The position numbers and the translations under genes were made by a program. Shown one piece after another: positions 19,376 through 27,517 of a DNA stretch of 64,000 nt. Positions within the stretch are counted from its first letter, which is position 1; each line of letters opens with the position of its first letter. Origin of the DNA: Candidatus Omnitrophota bacterium (lineage in GTDB: Bacteria; Omnitrophota; Gorgyraeia; Duberdicusellales; 4484-171); the NCBI GenBank assembly GCA_021735655.1, contig JAIPGM010000003.1, positions 128,001-192,000 on the forward strand. The letters are read 5' to 3'. Under the pieces are notes generated by a model that was not told where the DNA came from, did no database searches, and saw only the letters and a list, made by a program, of their open reading frames with translations.

Positions 19376-20136
19376 TGGATTTTATTTTCAGACCTTTCAA
19401 TTGGAAAAATATTGTTGAGATAATAATTCTCTGGTTTGTTATCTACCGGATTTTTATTTTCCTGAAAGGCACGAAAGCCTTTTACCTTTTGCGAGGTATA
19501 ATATTTTTAGTAATTGCCCTGATAGCTTTTCATTTTTTGAGTTTTCCGGTGTTAACTAGATTGTTGGCTTATTTCTTTGCCTTTTTTATTATTTTAGTAG
19601 TTATTATTTTCCAGCCTGAGCTGCGGGAGGGTCTTATCCATTTAGGCAAACGTCATATTTTTTACATAGAACCAAAGAGAGAGGAGATCGAAAATACCTT
19701 GCGCGAAATTGTTGCCACTTCTGGTACTCTTTCACGGAAAAAAGTAGGCGCTTTAATTGCTATTAAAAGAGAAATTGCCCTTAAAAAGTTTGTTGAAAGC
19801 GGTGTAATTTTAAATGCTGACCTTACTTCCGAATTACTTCAAAATATTTTTTATCCTTTTGCCCCTTTGCATGACGGTGGAGTTATTGTCGAGGGAACAA
19901 AAGTAGTAGCATCTTCCTGCCTTTTTCCTCTTAGCGAGAATTCGAGCCTGGAGAAAACATTGGGAATGCGTCATCGGGCAGCAGTAGGTCTTTCTGAGCA
20001 TTCTGATGCAGTGGTAGTAGTTGTCTCTGAAGAAAATGGTTCAATTTCTTTAGCAATTAATGGACAGCTATCAAGAAATCTTGCACCTAATGACTTACTA
20101 ACAATTTTGAAAGGGCAATTTACAAAATCTCGCTAG
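19375..20136 (+). CDS. cdaA: diadenylate cyclase CdaA (c-di-AMP synthase)
   Basis: Three N-terminal TM helices. DAC domain motifs DGGVIVEG and RHRAAVGLSE. Confidence 0.85.
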   Translation: MDFIFRPFNWKNIVEIIILWFVIYRIFIFLKGTKAFYLLRGIIFLVIALIAFHFLSFPVLTRLLAYFFAFFIILVVIIFQPELREGLIHLGKRHIFYIEPKREEIENTLREIVATSGTLSRKKVGALIAIKREIALKKFVESGVILNADLTSELLQNIFYPFAPLHDGGVIVEGTKVVASSCLFPLSENSSLEKTLGMRHRAAVGLSEHSDAVVVVVSEENGSISLAINGQLSRNLAPNDLLTILKGQFTKSR

Positions 20137-20177
20137 ACTTAAGATTAAAATGAATAATAAAACTAGAGAGGTGGTTT

Positions 20178-20315
20178 ATGGAGATTTTAAAAAAGATCAA
20201 TATTAAAAAAGCAATTACCCATAATTTTTGGCTTAAGTTGTTAGCTTTGATTCTTGCTGTTTTTGTTTGGCTATACGTAGCGGCAACTATTACTGGCGGG
20301 GGGCAACCAGCTTGA
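20178..20315 (+). pseudogene. 45-codon ORF resembling the N-terminal TM segment of CdaR (YbbR-domain CdaA regulator), apparently truncated
   Basis: AGAGAGG RBS then ATG at 20178. MEILKKINIKKAITHNFWLKLLALILAVFVWLYVAAT matches the N..W.(L/V)K(L/I)(L/I)AL(L/I).A.(F/L).(W/Y).(V/A) start of CdaR proteins. Stop after 45 codons. No YbbR repeats follow. Confidence 0.35.
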
Positions 20316-21037
20316 AATTAGGTGTCAATGTTGACCACGTTGCTACCTTGCGAAAAGCGAGGGGCACGAAATACCCTGATCCAGTGGTGGCAGCACTTTG
20401 CGCTGAATATGCTGGTTGCGATTCTATAGTTGTTCATGTCAGAGAGGATCGGCGGCATATAACTGAACGTGATGCGATCTTGATTAAACAGGCAGTAAAG
20501 GTGCCGCTTAATTTAGAGATGTCGGTAAATAAAGGCATCGTTGATTTTGCGCTAACGCTTCTTCCTGCCCAGGCGACTTTAGTTCCTGAGCGAAGATTGG
20601 AGCTAACTACTGAAGGCGGGCTGGACCTTTTAAAAAATACATCCAAGATTGTAAAGGCGATAGCTAGATTGAAAAACGCCGGAATAAGAATAAGTTTATT
20701 TATTGATCCGATAAAAAGGCAGATAACTAGAGCTAAAGAGCTAGGGGTTGATTTAATCGAGATTAATACTGGTAAATATTCAGAAAGCAAAACTCAGAGT
20801 GCTTTTAGGGTTCAGTTAACCAAGATAAAGGAAGCAGTAAAATTTGCTAGAGTTAAGAAATTAACAGTTGCCGCCGGTCATGGCCTCGATTATGAAAACA
20901 CTAAATCGATTGTTAAGCTAAAAGCAATTGATGAGCTTAATATTGGCCATTCAATAGTTTCTCGAGCAGTGTTAGTAGGCTTTCCGGTAGCAGTCAGCGA
21001 AATGATTTTTTTAATTAAAGGAAAGAGTAAACTATGA
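20312..21037 (+). CDS. pdxJ: pyridoxine 5'-phosphate synthase
   Basis: (M)KLGVNVDHVATLRKARG…YPDPV…AGCDSIVVHVREDRRHI classic PdxJ N-terminus. Probable TTG start at 20312, which overlaps the stop of the CdaR-like fragment. An ATG at 20267 would add an atypical 15-aa extension. Confidence 0.85.
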   Translation: MKLGVNVDHVATLRKARGTKYPDPVVAALCAEYAGCDSIVVHVREDRRHITERDAILIKQAVKVPLNLEMSVNKGIVDFALTLLPAQATLVPERRLELTTEGGLDLLKNTSKIVKAIARLKNAGIRISLFIDPIKRQITRAKELGVDLIEINTGKYSESKTQSAFRVQLTKIKEAVKFARVKKLTVAAGHGLDYENTKSIVKLKAIDELNIGHSIVSRAVLVGFPVAVSEMIFLIKGKSKL

Positions 21038-21396
21038 TAGTTGGCGTTGGTATAGATATGATAAAGATAGAGAAGATTAAATCAGCATTCGAGAAGTGGG
21101 GAGATGCTTTTCGGAATCGAGTTTTTAACGATGAGGAACTTGAGAATATTCCCCAAGGTAAGATGTACTATCAGCGTCTGGCGGCTCGTTTTGCAGCCAA
21201 AGAGGCGGTAATAAAAGCTATTTCCAAGGAACACCCCTTGGCCTTAACTGATATTATTGTTTTAAATAGAGAAAACGGAGCACCATATTGTAAATTTAAA
21301 AAAGATATTGGTGTTGATATTTTTCTTTCGATAACCCACATTGAAGACTATGCGGTTGCCTGTGCAGTTGCTCAAAAGGAATCCCGAGACACATAA
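21034..21396 (+). CDS. acpS: holo-[acyl-carrier-protein] synthase
   Basis: MIVGVGIDMIKIEKI… AcpS N-terminus. 120 aa. 4-nt overlap with pdxJ, the same order as the E. coli pdxJ-acpS pair. Confidence 0.8.
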   Translation: MIVGVGIDMIKIEKIKSAFEKWGDAFRNRVFNDEELENIPQGKMYYQRLAARFAAKEAVIKAISKEHPLALTDIIVLNRENGAPYCKFKKDIGVDIFLSITHIEDYAVACAVAQKESRDT

Positions 21397-22198
21397 GGGG
21401 GATTACGGATGCGTTTTGATTATTGGGGCCTCTTTAGGCCTGACTGGAGCAGTCTGCCTATCAGCCAGAGCAGCTTTGAAAATTGGCGCTGGCTTAGTTA
21501 GGGTAGGCGTACCTAAGTCATTAAATAATATTTTTGAAATTAAGCTAACTGAGGAGATGAGCTTACCGCTTGCCGATAAGGGAGGTTCACTCACTGAAAG
21601 CGCTTTTTCCCAAATTGAAAAAGTTTTAGATAAGGTTGATGTCTTAGTCATCGGTCCGGGAGCCAGCCTAGCTAACCCAACCAGAAAACTAATTTTAAGA
21701 ATAATTAGAGATGTCGATAAACCGATAGTTATTGATGCTGATGCAATAAGTGCCTTAGCTTCTGATTTAAGTGTTTTAGATAAAAGAAAGACTAAGCAGT
21801 TAATTATTACTCCTCATTATCAGGAATTCTCGAGGCTGGTTAAGGTTGATATTGAAGAAATCAAAAAAAATAGAAAAGAGCTTGCAGGGAACTTTGCTCT
21901 TAGGTATAATCTAACCCTTGTTCTTAAGGGTAATCGTAGCTTAGTAGTTCGCAATAAAGAGTTTTTTGAAAATGACAGCGGAAATGCCGGAATGGCGACA
22001 GCTGGGTCAGGTGATGTTTTAAGCGGGATAATTGCTGGCTTAGTTGCTCAAGGATTAAAACCTTTTGAGGCAGCAAAGCTGGGAGTGTATTTGCATGGTT
22101 TAAGCGGTGACTTGGCCGTTAAAGATAAGACCGAAAGCTGTCTAATTGCTTCTGATTTAATCGACTATTTGCCTCAAGCTATTAAAAGTTCTTTGTAA
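21341..22198 (+). CDS. nnrD: ADP-dependent (S)-NAD(P)H-hydrate dehydratase (YjeF C-terminal domain)
   Basis: HKGDYG.VLIIGAS…G…GSGDVLSGIIAGL motifs. The exact start is uncertain because it overlaps the acpS 3' end. Confidence 0.8.
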   Translation: MKTMRLPVQLLKRNPETHKGDYGCVLIIGASLGLTGAVCLSARAALKIGAGLVRVGVPKSLNNIFEIKLTEEMSLPLADKGGSLTESAFSQIEKVLDKVDVLVIGPGASLANPTRKLILRIIRDVDKPIVIDADAISALASDLSVLDKRKTKQLIITPHYQEFSRLVKVDIEEIKKNRKELAGNFALRYNLTLVLKGNRSLVVRNKEFFENDSGNAGMATAGSGDVLSGIIAGLVAQGLKPFEAAKLGVYLHGLSGDLAVKDKTESCLIASDLIDYLPQAIKSSL

Positions 22199-22213
22199 TT
22201 GAATAGATAATTT

Positions 22214-22287
22214 GCCTAGGTAGCTCAATCTGGCAGAGCACCTCACTTGTAATGAGGATGTTGGAGGTTCGATTCCTCTCCTAGGCT
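22214..22287 (+). tRNA. tRNA-Thr (UGU)
   Basis: Manual cloverleaf. Acceptor GCCTAGG/CCTAGGC. Anticodon stem CCTCA/TGAGG with loop CTTGTAA. T-loop TTCGATT. Confidence 0.85.
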
Positions 22288-22296
22288 CGTATTTTA

Positions 22297-22379
22297 GGGC
22301 AGGTACCCAAGCGGCCAAAGGGGACAGACTGTAAATCTGTTGTGCTTGCACTTCGAAGGTTCAAATCCTTCCCTGCCCA
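22297..22379 (+). tRNA. tRNA-Tyr (GUA), type II with long variable arm
   Basis: Acceptor GGGCAGG/CCTGCCC. Anticodon loop CTGTAAA. Long variable arm. T-arm GAAGG-TTCAAAT-CCTTC. Confidence 0.85.
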
Positions 22380-22396
22380 TTTTTTAAAGATTGATT

Positions 22397-22467
22397 GCGG
22401 GCGTAGTTCAGTGGTAGAACTCCAGCTTTCCAAGCTGGTCATGTCGGTTCGATTCCGATCGCCCGCT
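22397..22467 (+). tRNA. tRNA-Gly (UCC)
   Basis: Acceptor GCGGGCG/CGCCCGC. Anticodon stem CCAGC/GCTGG with loop TTTCCAA. T-loop TTCGATT. Confidence 0.85.
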
Positions 22468-22596
22468 TAATGAGATTTACATTTTTTCTAAGAAAAAATG
22501 TTTAATCGAATTATCCCGGAACACTCTCAAAAAATATCAAAGAGATTTTTTGAGTATTCGGGTGTTTCGGGGTAGACTCGAATAAAGAGATACAAC

Positions 22597-23601
22597 ATGC
22601 CTGAAAAAGTTTCGATAATCGGCGCCGGGAGCTGGGGAACAACTTTAGCGGTTGTTTTGGCCAAGAAAAAAATTAAGGTTGAGCTTTATAGTGTGTTTGA
22701 AGACCACAACCTTAAGATGCAAAAAGAGCGCCAAAATCGTCTTTTCTTAAAAGGGACAAAATTTCCTAATTGTTTAGGAATAAACCCCTCCCTGGAAGGA
22801 ATTCTTAATAACAAAATTATAATATTTGCTATCCCGGTTAAATTTGTCAGGAAGGTCTTAGTTAAAATTAAGAAACAAGGCGTTCGTTTAGACAATAAGA
22901 TATTGGTTAGCGTTAGTAAAGGTATAGAAGCTAACTCCTTAAAGAGGGCTTCTGAGATAATTGTTGAGGAGCTAGGGGTAAGGTCGCCAGCAGTGCTTTC
23001 TGGGCCCAATATTGCCAAAGAGGTATTAGCTGGAGTTCCTTCGGCAGCCATTTTAGCCTCAAAGAACAAGGCTATTGGTAGAAAATTACAGAAGTTATTC
23101 AACAGTCCGACCTTTAGGGTCTACTTGCATAATGATCTTGTTGGCGTAGAGCTAGGAGGAGCCTTGAAAAACATCATTGCCATTGCTTGTGGAATTTCCG
23201 ATGGATTAGGTTTTGGTACAAACACTAAATCAGCCTTGGCAACTAGAGGTTTGGTTGAAATTACCCGTTTGGGCAAGAAGTTAGGGGCCAATCCTAAGAC
23301 TTTTTGGGGTATTAGTGGTTTAGGAGACTTAGTTACTACTTGTTTTTCTCCCTATTCGCGTAATCGTTCGGTAGGTGAGGCAATTGGTAGTGGCCAGAAA
23401 GTAAGTACGGTTATTGGAAAGATGACCATGGTTGCCGAAGGCATTGAAACAGTAAAGTCTGCCTATCGTTTAAGTAAAAAAAGAAAGATCGATATGCCAA
23501 TCACCCGCCAAGTCTATGCAGTTTTTTATCAAGGAAAGTCCCCTAAGCAGGCAGTTATTGATTTAATGCGTCGTCCGCTTAAGGCTGAAAAGACCGTTTA
23601 A
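22597..23601 (+). CDS. gpsA: NAD(P)H-dependent glycerol-3-phosphate dehydrogenase
   Basis: N-terminal SIIGAGSWGTTLAVVLAKK Rossmann motif and overall GpsA pattern. Confidence 0.9.
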   Translation: MPEKVSIIGAGSWGTTLAVVLAKKKIKVELYSVFEDHNLKMQKERQNRLFLKGTKFPNCLGINPSLEGILNNKIIIFAIPVKFVRKVLVKIKKQGVRLDNKILVSVSKGIEANSLKRASEIIVEELGVRSPAVLSGPNIAKEVLAGVPSAAILASKNKAIGRKLQKLFNSPTFRVYLHNDLVGVELGGALKNIIAIACGISDGLGFGTNTKSALATRGLVEITRLGKKLGANPKTFWGISGLGDLVTTCFSPYSRNRSVGEAIGSGQKVSTVIGKMTMVAEGIETVKSAYRLSKKRKIDMPITRQVYAVFYQGKSPKQAVIDLMRRPLKAEKTV

Positions 23602-23609
23602 AATAAGAC

Positions 23610-23640
23610 AGGGGGTTCTTCACCCCCTTAGTTTGGTTTT
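23610..23640 (+). terminator. intrinsic terminator after gpsA
   Basis: AGGGGG-ttcttca-CCCCCT hairpin followed by a T-rich tract (tagtttggtttt). Confidence 0.5.
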
Positions 23641-23876
23641 GTCATCAAACTCTCTTGTACCTAATTATACCATGCAAAAACTGCCATTTTCAAGGAATAA
23701 AAGGGTTGTTTTAAAAACGTTTTCAATTTTTTATTTACTGTATTATTTTAAGTTTTAAAGCCCATTTTTACTGTTAATTAAGGGCATAAAATAATGTTAT
23801 ATTTATTCTATTGAGCGCTTACTCAAAAGGTGGTAAAATCTTATTAGTGAATTAAGTCCAATAAATAATTAAAAGA

Positions 23877-24227
23877 GTGGTAACTTTAAGTACAAATATG
23901 AATTTTAGCGGTTTGACTCAATGGTTTAGTTCTAATCTTGCCAGTTTAAAAAATTTCCAATTTTCTATATTTAATCCTGTTTTTTGGATATTTTTCGCTA
24001 TTTTGTTTTTAATAGCAATGAAGCTTTGGAGGTCAAAGAAAGCTTTTTCTTTTAGCTTAGTAGTTGCTTTCATTTTATTAGTTACAACTAAAGTGGAAGA
24101 GCTTATTAATAGAGCCTTGATAGCTCAATATGGAGGAACTCTTGACCCTTCTTTTTTAAGAATTGGGGCTATATTTTTTATTGCTGTTGTTTGGATATAT
24201 TACGCATTTATAAGGAGTGAGAATTAA
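23877..24227 (+). CDS. hypothetical membrane protein
   Basis: 116 aa with three hydrophobic segments. Preceded by a ~270-nt AT-rich intergenic region. Confidence 0.4.
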   Translation: MVTLSTNMNFSGLTQWFSSNLASLKNFQFSIFNPVFWIFFAILFLIAMKLWRSKKAFSFSLVVAFILLVTTKVEELINRALIAQYGGTLDPSFLRIGAIFFIAVVWIYYAFIRSEN

Positions 24228-24254
24228 AACTATTGTTTTCTTGGGAGGTGTTGC

Positions 24255-24500
24255 ATGAGAAGTTTAATTTGCATGTTATTGTCTGCAATATTTTTGGTAG
24301 GCTGTGTTGCTTTTGTTGATGAGAGCTCCGAAGGGAGAAAGGTTTATTCTCTTCTCCCTAGCAACAGGGAAGCTTTGTATATACTTGATCAAACTAGCCA
24401 GAAGACCCCGGATAAAGAGTTCGAAATCAAGTGGTCAGAGAAGCTTAAATGGCCGGAGAAGCTTAAGTGGCCGGAGAAGCTTAAGTGGCCAAATAATTAG
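24255..24500 (+). CDS. small lipoprotein with C-terminal (EKLKWP)x3 tandem repeat
   Basis: Lipobox FLVGC. GGAGG RBS. C-terminus encoded by three 18-bp tandem DNA repeats. Confidence 0.45.
   Translation: MRSLICMLLSAIFLVGCVAFVDESSEGRKVYSLLPSNREALYILDQTSQKTPDKEFEIKWSEKLKWPEKLKWPEKLKWPNN
24438..24491 (+). repeat. 3 x 18-bp near-perfect tandem repeat (gagaagcttaa[a/g]tggcc[g/a])
   Basis: Copies at 24438-24455, 24456-24473 and 24474-24491 with 1-2 mismatches. Lies inside the CDS, in frame. Confidence 0.7.
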
Positions 24501-24637
24501 AGTCAGTTTATTCTTTTAAATAAGGATATATTCGTGAAAAAAGCTTTTATCCTTGGTGGATATAATAATTATGAATTAAGGTTACACCTTTAAGGTTTTA
24601 ACCTTAAAACATTCAAACTTACCTTTTTACATTTATC

Positions 24638-24666
24638 TTGATACCCTTAATAAACCGTGATAAAAT
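24638..24666 (+). promoter_or_regulatory. sigma70-like promoter for tRNA-Pro (TTGATA-17-TAAAAT)
   Basis: -35 TTGATA at 24638-24643. 17-nt spacer. -10 TAAAAT at 24661-24666. Sits 45 nt upstream of the tRNA. Confidence 0.4.
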
Positions 24667-24711
24667 TCTTGCTAGACATATGGGCTTTGTTTTAGGGGTG
24701 TTTTCCCCCTT

Positions 24712-24787
24712 CGGGAGGTGGCGCAGCCTGGATTAGCGCACTTGCATGGGGTGCAAGGGGTCGTGGGTTCGAATCCCACTCTCCCGA
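24712..24787 (+). tRNA. tRNA-Pro (GGG)
   Basis: Acceptor CGGGAGG/TCTCCCG (one G-U pair). Anticodon stem CTTGC/GCAAG with loop ATGGGGT and G37. T-arm GTGGG-TTCGAAT-CCCAC. Discriminator A, with CCA encoded immediately after (to 24790). Confidence 0.8.
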
Positions 24788-24818
24788 CCAGTAGTTTAAA
24801 TTAAATAAGGAGGCAACA

Positions 24819-25169
24819 ATGGCTGAATATCCGGGCTCAGAAAGAAGGAAATTCCCTCGGTTAGATGCAAACTTTGTCATTAGCTATCGGATTAAAGAAG
24901 TGGTTGATGGCTATGATCTTACCCAGTCAAAGAATGTAAGTCAGGGGGGCATACTCTTAACTACCAATAGGTTGTTTAACAGGGGTACAATTTTAGCAAT
25001 GACTATACGTTTTCCGCTTATTCCTCAGAAAATTGATGTTACTGGCGAGGTTATTGATTCTAGAGAGGTGGTACGAGATTTAATTTATGAGACTAGAATA
25101 AAATTTCTAGATTTAGATGAAGAGTTTTTTCAAAAGTTAGGTGAGTTCATCCGGGAAAATTTAAAATGA
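24819..25169 (+). CDS. PilZ-domain protein (c-di-GMP binding)
   Basis: RRKFPRLD (RxxxR) and DLTQSKNVSQGG (D.S..GG) PilZ signature motifs. 116 aa. AAGGAGG RBS. Confidence 0.7.
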   Translation: MAEYPGSERRKFPRLDANFVISYRIKEVVDGYDLTQSKNVSQGGILLTTNRLFNRGTILAMTIRFPLIPQKIDVTGEVIDSREVVRDLIYETRIKFLDLDEEFFQKLGEFIRENLK

Positions 25170-26437
25170 TTACTAAGAAAGTTGGGATAATTGGCCTAGG
25201 AAACGTAGGTTTAGCGGTTCTTAAATCCCTCAAGAAGTACTCCTCATTAATTGCCCGTCGTAGCTCGGTAAAGATTGATGTTGTAAAGGTTTGTGATAAG
25301 CTTCGAGCCAGGGAAAAAGAGGTGAAGAAGTTTTCAGCCCGCTTTTGCACTAATCCTTTGGAGTTAATTCGAGATCCGGAAATTGACATTGTTGTTGAGC
25401 TGATTGGCGGCATTGAGCCAGCTCGTAAGCTTATCTTGGAAGCTCTAGCTAATGGCAAGGATGTGGTTACTGCCAATAAGGCACTTTTAGCTACTAGCGG
25501 TGCGAAGATTTTTTCATTGGCTGGATCTTTGAACCGTCGATTGGGATTTGAAGCTTCTGTTTGCGGAGCTATTCCGATTATAAAAAGCATTTCTGAAGGA
25601 TTGGTCGGTTGCGAGGTTAAGAAAATATACGGCATTCTTAATGGAACAACAAACTATATTTTATACAAGATGGCTAAAGAGAATATCGATTTCAATCTGG
25701 CGCTTAAAAGTGCCCAAAGAGAGGGCTATGCTGAGAAAAATCCCGGTTTGGATATCGATGGTGTGGATGCAGTTCATAAGTTATGCATTCTAAGTTATCT
25801 TTGTTACGGAGTTTGGCCAAAGAAAGGAGACGTTTATTGCCAGGGTATTTCTCGAATATCAGCTTTAGATATTACTTATGCTCGGCAATTACAATATCGG
25901 ATTAAATTATTGGCAGTTGCTAAAAAAGAAAAAGGTTTCCTTGACTTGCGGGTTCACCCAACACTTATTCCGATGGATCATCCTTTAGCCGGGACCTCTC
26001 TAAGTTATAATGCGGTGTATCTAGATACTAATCCTGCCGGTGAACTTCTTTTTTATGGAGAAGGGGCCGGAGGGGTAGCAACTTCTTCTTCGGTTATGTC
26101 TGATATCGTAAATATCGCCTCCTCCAAACAAGGTTTGATAAGAAAAGAGGAGAAAGTGGTTATTCGTAATACTGAAGATATAAAGAGTCGTTACTATACC
26201 CGTTTCATGATTCAGGATCATCCCGGGGTATTGGCTAAAATTTCAAAAATACTTGCTTCTTTTGATATTAGTATTGCTTCGGTTAATCAGAAAGAAAGAG
26301 ATAAGGAAAAGTTCGTTCCGCTAGTCATAATTACTCACGAAGCCCGAGAGAAAAATATTCGTAAGGCTATTCTTGAGATAGATCGACTAACGATAGTCAA
26401 AGGTCATTCTCAAGTAATAAGAATTGAGGATTTATGA
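25166..26437 (+). CDS. hom: homoserine dehydrogenase
   Basis: VGIIGLGNVGLAV NAD-binding motif, catalytic region, and a C-terminal ACT-like domain. Confidence 0.85.
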   Translation: MITKKVGIIGLGNVGLAVLKSLKKYSSLIARRSSVKIDVVKVCDKLRAREKEVKKFSARFCTNPLELIRDPEIDIVVELIGGIEPARKLILEALANGKDVVTANKALLATSGAKIFSLAGSLNRRLGFEASVCGAIPIIKSISEGLVGCEVKKIYGILNGTTNYILYKMAKENIDFNLALKSAQREGYAEKNPGLDIDGVDAVHKLCILSYLCYGVWPKKGDVYCQGISRISALDITYARQLQYRIKLLAVAKKEKGFLDLRVHPTLIPMDHPLAGTSLSYNAVYLDTNPAGELLFYGEGAGGVATSSSVMSDIVNIASSKQGLIRKEEKVVIRNTEDIKSRYYTRFMIQDHPGVLAKISKILASFDISIASVNQKERDKEKFVPLVIITHEAREKNIRKAILEIDRLTIVKGHSQVIRIEDL

Positions 26438-27504
26438 TGGCTTACGAAGGAGTTATTTCCCGCTACAGAAAGTATCTTCCGGTAAGCAAGGCCACTCCGA
26501 TAGTAACTCTTCAAGAGGGTAATACCCCACTTATTAAAGCTTCGAAAGTGTCAGCGGTTTTAGGTAAGAAGTTCAAGGTTTATCTTAAGTATGAAGGTCT
26601 TAACCCCACTGGTTCTTTTAAGGACCGGGGCATGACCATGGCTATTTCTAAGGCAAAAGAAGAGGGGGCTAAGGCGGTTATTTGTGCCTCAACTGGGAAT
26701 ACCTCAGCTTCGGCTGCTGCCTATGCTTGTCGCTGTGGCCTAAGGTGTATTGTAGTTATTCCTGAAGGGGCAATTGCCCTAGGTAAGCTTGCTCAAGCCC
26801 TAATTCATGGGGCAACGGTTATTGCAATTAAAGGTAACTTTGATCAAGCCTTAGAAATCGTTAAAGAGATGTCTCGTAAATATCCGGTAGAGTTAGTTAA
26901 TTCGATTAACCCTTATCGCATTGAGGGTCAAAAAACAGCGGCTTTTGAGGTATCTGATTTTTTGGGTTTTGCTCCGGATTTTCATTGTCTTCCGGTAGGC
27001 AATGCTGGTAACATTACTGCTTATTGGAAAGGCTATAAAGAGTATTATTCTTATAAAAAAATTAAGCATTTACCAAAGATGTTTGGTTTTCAGGCAAAGG
27101 GTGCAGCACCAATCGTCAAAGGACATCCGGTTAAGAATCCTAAGACAATCGCTACAGCCATAAAAATTGGCAATCCGGCAAGTTGGCAAAAAGCAGTAGA
27201 GGCCCAAGATGAATCTAAAGGCTTGATCCAAGCGGTTAGTGATGCTGAGATAATTTCAGCTTATAAATTTTTGGCTCAAGAAGAAGGAGTTTTTGTTGAA
27301 CCGGCCTCAGCAGCTTCAGTTGCCGGTTTATTTATGTTAAATAAGAAAAGGTTTTTTTCTAAGATCAAGAAGAAAGAAGTAAATATTGTTTGTACGCTCA
27401 CCGGCCATGGCCTCAAAGATCCTCAAGTGGCGATAAGAAATATAAAATCCCCTCCAGTTGTTAAAGCTGAATTAGAAGCAGTAGTCAAGAAAGCGCGGAT
27501 CTAA
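26434..27504 (+). CDS. thrC: threonine synthase
   Basis: EGNTPL…NPTGSFKDRGMT…ASTGNTSAS PLP-enzyme motifs. hom-thrC overlap. Confidence 0.9.
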   Translation: MMAYEGVISRYRKYLPVSKATPIVTLQEGNTPLIKASKVSAVLGKKFKVYLKYEGLNPTGSFKDRGMTMAISKAKEEGAKAVICASTGNTSASAAAYACRCGLRCIVVIPEGAIALGKLAQALIHGATVIAIKGNFDQALEIVKEMSRKYPVELVNSINPYRIEGQKTAAFEVSDFLGFAPDFHCLPVGNAGNITAYWKGYKEYYSYKKIKHLPKMFGFQAKGAAPIVKGHPVKNPKTIATAIKIGNPASWQKAVEAQDESKGLIQAVSDAEIISAYKFLAQEEGVFVEPASAASVAGLFMLNKKRFFSKIKKKEVNIVCTLTGHGLKDPQVAIRNIKSPPVVKAELEAVVKKARI

Positions 27505-27517
27505 GGTAGTTAAAATA

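Noticed and set aside
22157-22351. ORF 22157..22351 (-, 64 aa).
   Set aside because: It runs antisense across tRNA-Thr and tRNA-Tyr. Spurious.
24304-24519. ORF 24304..24519 (+, 71 aa, RSLSG repeats).
   Set aside because: It is an alternate frame of the 18-bp tandem repeats inside the lipoprotein gene. It has no RBS, and the lipobox-containing frame is the credible one.
24692-24880. ORF 24692..24880 (-, 62 aa).
   Set aside because: It overlaps tRNA-Pro(GGG) antisense, with no RBS. Spurious.
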